A stretch of 64,000 nucleotides of DNA from NCBI GenBank assembly GCA_965220745.1, contig CBDCQT010000013.1, positions 416,001-480,000 on the forward strand, read 5' to 3'. A model generated the notes under the pieces. The model saw nothing but the letters and a program-made list of their open reading frames with translations, was not told where the DNA came from and ran no database searches. Both the position numbers and the translations under genes were made by a program. This stretch comes from Alphaproteobacteria bacterium. Its GTDB lineage: Bacteria > Pseudomonadota > Alphaproteobacteria > UBA828. Below are positions 61,358 to 64,000 of the stretch, one piece after another. Numbering within the stretch: position 1 is the stretch's first letter; every line of letters begins with the position of its first letter.

Positions 61358-63481
61358 TCATCCCGCGCCTTCCACGCTCGGGGCCAGGGCGATCTCGAAA
61401 TTACCGTAGGAGTCGACCGTGAGGGTCTGTCCCGGATGGACCACCACCGTGGTGACATCCGTATCGATCACCGCCGGTCCCTCGAACCGGTTGCCCGGCA
61501 CCAGACGCGCGCCGTTGTAGATGGGGGTCTCGGCGCGGCGGCCCCACGACGCCCAATAGACCGAGCGGGTGGGGCGTCGGGCCTCCGGTGCCGGTTCCGG
61601 GTCGAGCACGTCAGTCGTCGACAGCACGGGCTTGCGAGTGACGCCCGAGGCGCGGCAGCGGAAGGTGACGATCTCCAGCTGCGCGCCCGGCAGCGCGGCG
61701 CCGCGGCCGTAGAGCGCCTCGTAGCGCTGGCGGAACTCTTCGTGCAGCGCGTCGATCCCATCGGCGGCGACGGTCTCGCCGTCCAGCTCGACCTCGACCT
61801 CGTTGATCTGGCCCTTGTGCCGCATGTCGAGGGTGAAGCGGTAGTGGCGATCCGCGGGGGCCACGTCGTCCGCCGCGAGGTCGGCGGCGCCCCGCGCCTT
61901 GAGCTCGGCCAGCATCGCGTTGATCTCCGCCGCATCGAAGGGCGAGCGCATGATGTTGACCCGCTCGTGAACGTGCAGCAGGTCGGCCGCCGCCGCGCCG
62001 AAGGCGCACCAGACCGAGGCAGTCTCGCGCTGCGGGACGATCACCTTCGAGACCCCGAGCTCCTGCGCGAACACCCCCGCATGGGCCGGGCCCGCGCCGC
62101 CGAAGGCGAAGAGCACGAAGTCGCGCGGGTCGTGGCCCTTCTGGATCGTCACCTTGCGAATCAGGTCGGCCATCTGGAACTCGGCGATGCGGGCGATGCC
62201 GCTCGCGGTCTCGTCGAGGCCCAGGCTCAGGCGCTCCCCCATGGGCGCGAGTGCCCGCGCCGCGGCATCGCGGTCCAGCGCGATCGCGCCGCCTGCGAAG
62301 TTGTCCGGGTCGAGATAGCCGAGCACCAGGTCGGCATCGGTCACGGTCGGCACGGTGCCGCCCCGCCCGTAGCAGACCGGGCCGGGATCGGCGCCGGCAC
62401 TCTCCGGCCCCACGCGGAAGGCGCCGGTGGCCTCGTCGATGCGCGCCATGCTGCCGCCGCCCGCGCCGATCACCTGAATGTCTACCTTGGAGAGGTAGTA
62501 CTCGTACTGGTGGACCAGGCTGCGGTAGGAGAACGCCGGCTCGCCGCCGTGGATGATGCCGACGTCGAAGGACGTGCCGCCCATGTCGGTGGTGATAACG
62601 TTGTCGTAGCCCATGATGCCGCCGGCGTAGCGCGAGCCGGTGACGCCGGAGACAGGGCCGGAATCGAGGGTGAGCAGCGGTGCTCCCATGGCCTTGGCGA
62701 CGGGGATCGTGCCGCCCGCGCATTGGGTGATCTGCAACGGGTGGTGATAGCCGAGGTCGGTGGTGCGCCGGTCCATGCGGGCGAGATAGCCGGTCACCAG
62801 AGGGCCGATGTAAGCGTTGAGCGCGACGGCGGCGGTGCGCTCGTACTCACCCCACTTGGGCACCAGCTCCGACGAGCAGGTGACGAAGAGGTCGGGCGCG
62901 ATGCGCTCCACCATCGCTTTGACCCGTTGCTCATGCTCGGGCGCGAGGAAGGACCAGAGGAAGCAGATCGCGAGCGCCTCCACACCGTCTGCGACCAGAC
63001 GGCGGATCGCCTGCTCCGCCTCCTCCTCGTTCAGCTCGACCACGACCTTGCCAAAGCAGTCCACCCGCTCCGACACGCCTTCGATCAGGTACTTGGGCAC
63101 GATCGGGTCGGGCTTGCTGCTCTCCGGGATGTGAACCACGAGGCGGATGTCGCGGCCGGTAAGCCCGCGCGAGCCCCGCATGATGTGGATGACGTCGTTG
63201 TGGCCCTTGGTGGTGATGAGCCCGACCTTGACGCCCTTCTTCTGGATGATCGCGTTGGTGCCGACCGTGGTGCCATGGGCCAGAACCGCAAGCTCGCTGC
63301 ACAGCGAATCGAGCGGCGTGTCCAGCTTGCCGGCAACGATGTCGAGGGCCGCGATCAGCCCTTCGCCGAAATCGGCCGGCGTGGACGGCGCCTTGCCGGT
63401 GGTGACGCGGCCAGCCTCGTCCACCACTACGCAGTCGGTGAAGGTGCCGCCGATGTCGATGCCGCAGAGATAGCTGCTCAT
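61358..63481 (-). CDS. Hydantoinase/oxoprolinase subunit A family
   Basis: DIGGTFTD, HGTT, SGP, DMGGTSFD, GAGGGS, AFGGAGP. Confidence 0.92.
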   Translation of the reverse strand: MSSYLCGIDIGGTFTDCVVVDEAGRVTTGKAPSTPADFGEGLIAALDIVAGKLDTPLDSLCSELAVLAHGTTVGTNAIIQKKGVKVGLITTKGHNDVIHIMRGSRGLTGRDIRLVVHIPESSKPDPIVPKYLIEGVSERVDCFGKVVVELNEEEAEQAIRRLVADGVEALAICFLWSFLAPEHEQRVKAMVERIAPDLFVTCSSELVPKWGEYERTAAVALNAYIGPLVTGYLARMDRRTTDLGYHHPLQITQCAGGTIPVAKAMGAPLLTLDSGPVSGVTGSRYAGGIMGYDNVITTDMGGTSFDVGIIHGGEPAFSYRSLVHQYEYYLSKVDIQVIGAGGGSMARIDEATGAFRVGPESAGADPGPVCYGRGGTVPTVTDADLVLGYLDPDNFAGGAIALDRDAAARALAPMGERLSLGLDETASGIARIAEFQMADLIRKVTIQKGHDPRDFVLFAFGGAGPAHAGVFAQELGVSKVIVPQRETASVWCAFGAAAADLLHVHERVNIMRSPFDAAEINAMLAELKARGAADLAADDVAPADRHYRFTLDMRHKGQINEVEVELDGETVAADGIDALHEEFRQRYEALYGRGAALPGAQLEIVTFRCRASGVTRKPVLSTTDVLDPEPAPEARRPTRSVYWASWGRRAETPIYNGARLVPGNRFEGPAVIDTDVTTVVVHPGQTLTVDSYGNFEIALAPSVEGAG

Positions 63482-63520
63482 GGTTACTCTTGGGGACGTT
63501 CGTGGTGGGTGAGGAGGATG

Positions 63521-64000
63521 TCAGTCGAAGAGTGCGACGGCCCTGGTCCAGCCGCCGGATGCCGCCTTGATCTTGCAGGGGAAGCACGCGACCGTGAAGC
63601 CGAAGGGCGGCAGCTCCTCCAGGTGCCTGAGCTTCTCCATGTGGCAGTAGGGCGTGTCGATCCCGGCGTAGTGCCCTTCCCAGATGATCTTGGGATCGCG
63701 CGACTTGAGCCAGCGCTCGCGGGTGGCGGAGAAGGGCGCATCCCAGCTCCAGCCGTCGATGCCGGTGACGCGCACACCGCGCTCGGTCAGATAGTGGGTC
63801 CCCTCGCGGCCGACGCCGCAGCCGGAATGGATGTAGTCGTCGTGGCCGTAGCGCTCGCCCGCGCGCGTGTTCACCAGCACGATGTCCATGGGCTGGAGCT
63901 CGTAGCCGATGCGCTTCAGCTCGGCCTCGATGTCGGCAGGCGTGGCGACGTAGCCGTCGTCGAGATGGCGGAGGTCCAGCTTGACCCCCGGCCGGAAGTA
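63521..64000 (-). CDS. Cyclase-family (kynurenine formamidase-like) protein, 5' end off the window
   Basis: GIDGWSWD, HMEKL..L..LP, ASGGWTRAVA. Confidence 0.82.
   Translation of the reverse strand, partial: YFRPGVKLDLRHLDDGYVATPADIEAELKRIGYELQPMDIVLVNTRAGERYGHDDYIHSGCGVGREGTHYLTERGVRVTGIDGWSWDAPFSATRERWLKSRDPKIIWEGHYAGIDTPYCHMEKLRHLEELPPFGFTVACFPCKIKAASGGWTRAVALFD

Overview
High-GC alphaproteobacterial chromosome segment. Conserved housekeeping blocks (rpmG; dnaE-rpsB-tsf-pyrH-frr-uppS; tRNA-Gln-purB; tRNA-Ala; aroA-cmk-rpsA-sppA-ihfB-lapA-trpFBA-accD-folC; trxA) alternate with accessory catabolic and transport blocks. These include a 4-pyridoxolactonase-like gene behind a BMP-type ABC importer, an amidase plus alpha-amino-epsilon-caprolactam-racemase-like pair, a TRAP system, a TonB receptor plus sphingomyelinase-like pair, higBA, a class 3 asparaginase, a sugar ABC importer and a hydantoinase/cyclase pair. 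The most unusual element is a complete 2672-bp IS1595-family element (27611-30282, 24-bp TIRs, 8-bp TSD) splitting an amidohydrolase gene. Its 1.6-kb cargo holds (i) a type I toxin-antitoxin-like module: a 24-aa proline-rich peptide absent from the ORF track, a switchable SD/anti-SD leader and a predicted ~85-nt antisense RNA with its own promoter and terminator; (ii) tandem copies of the transposase's own 5' leader; and (iii) three mosaic paralogous small genes. All product calls come from motif reading and recalled family sequences; no database search or folding program was run.
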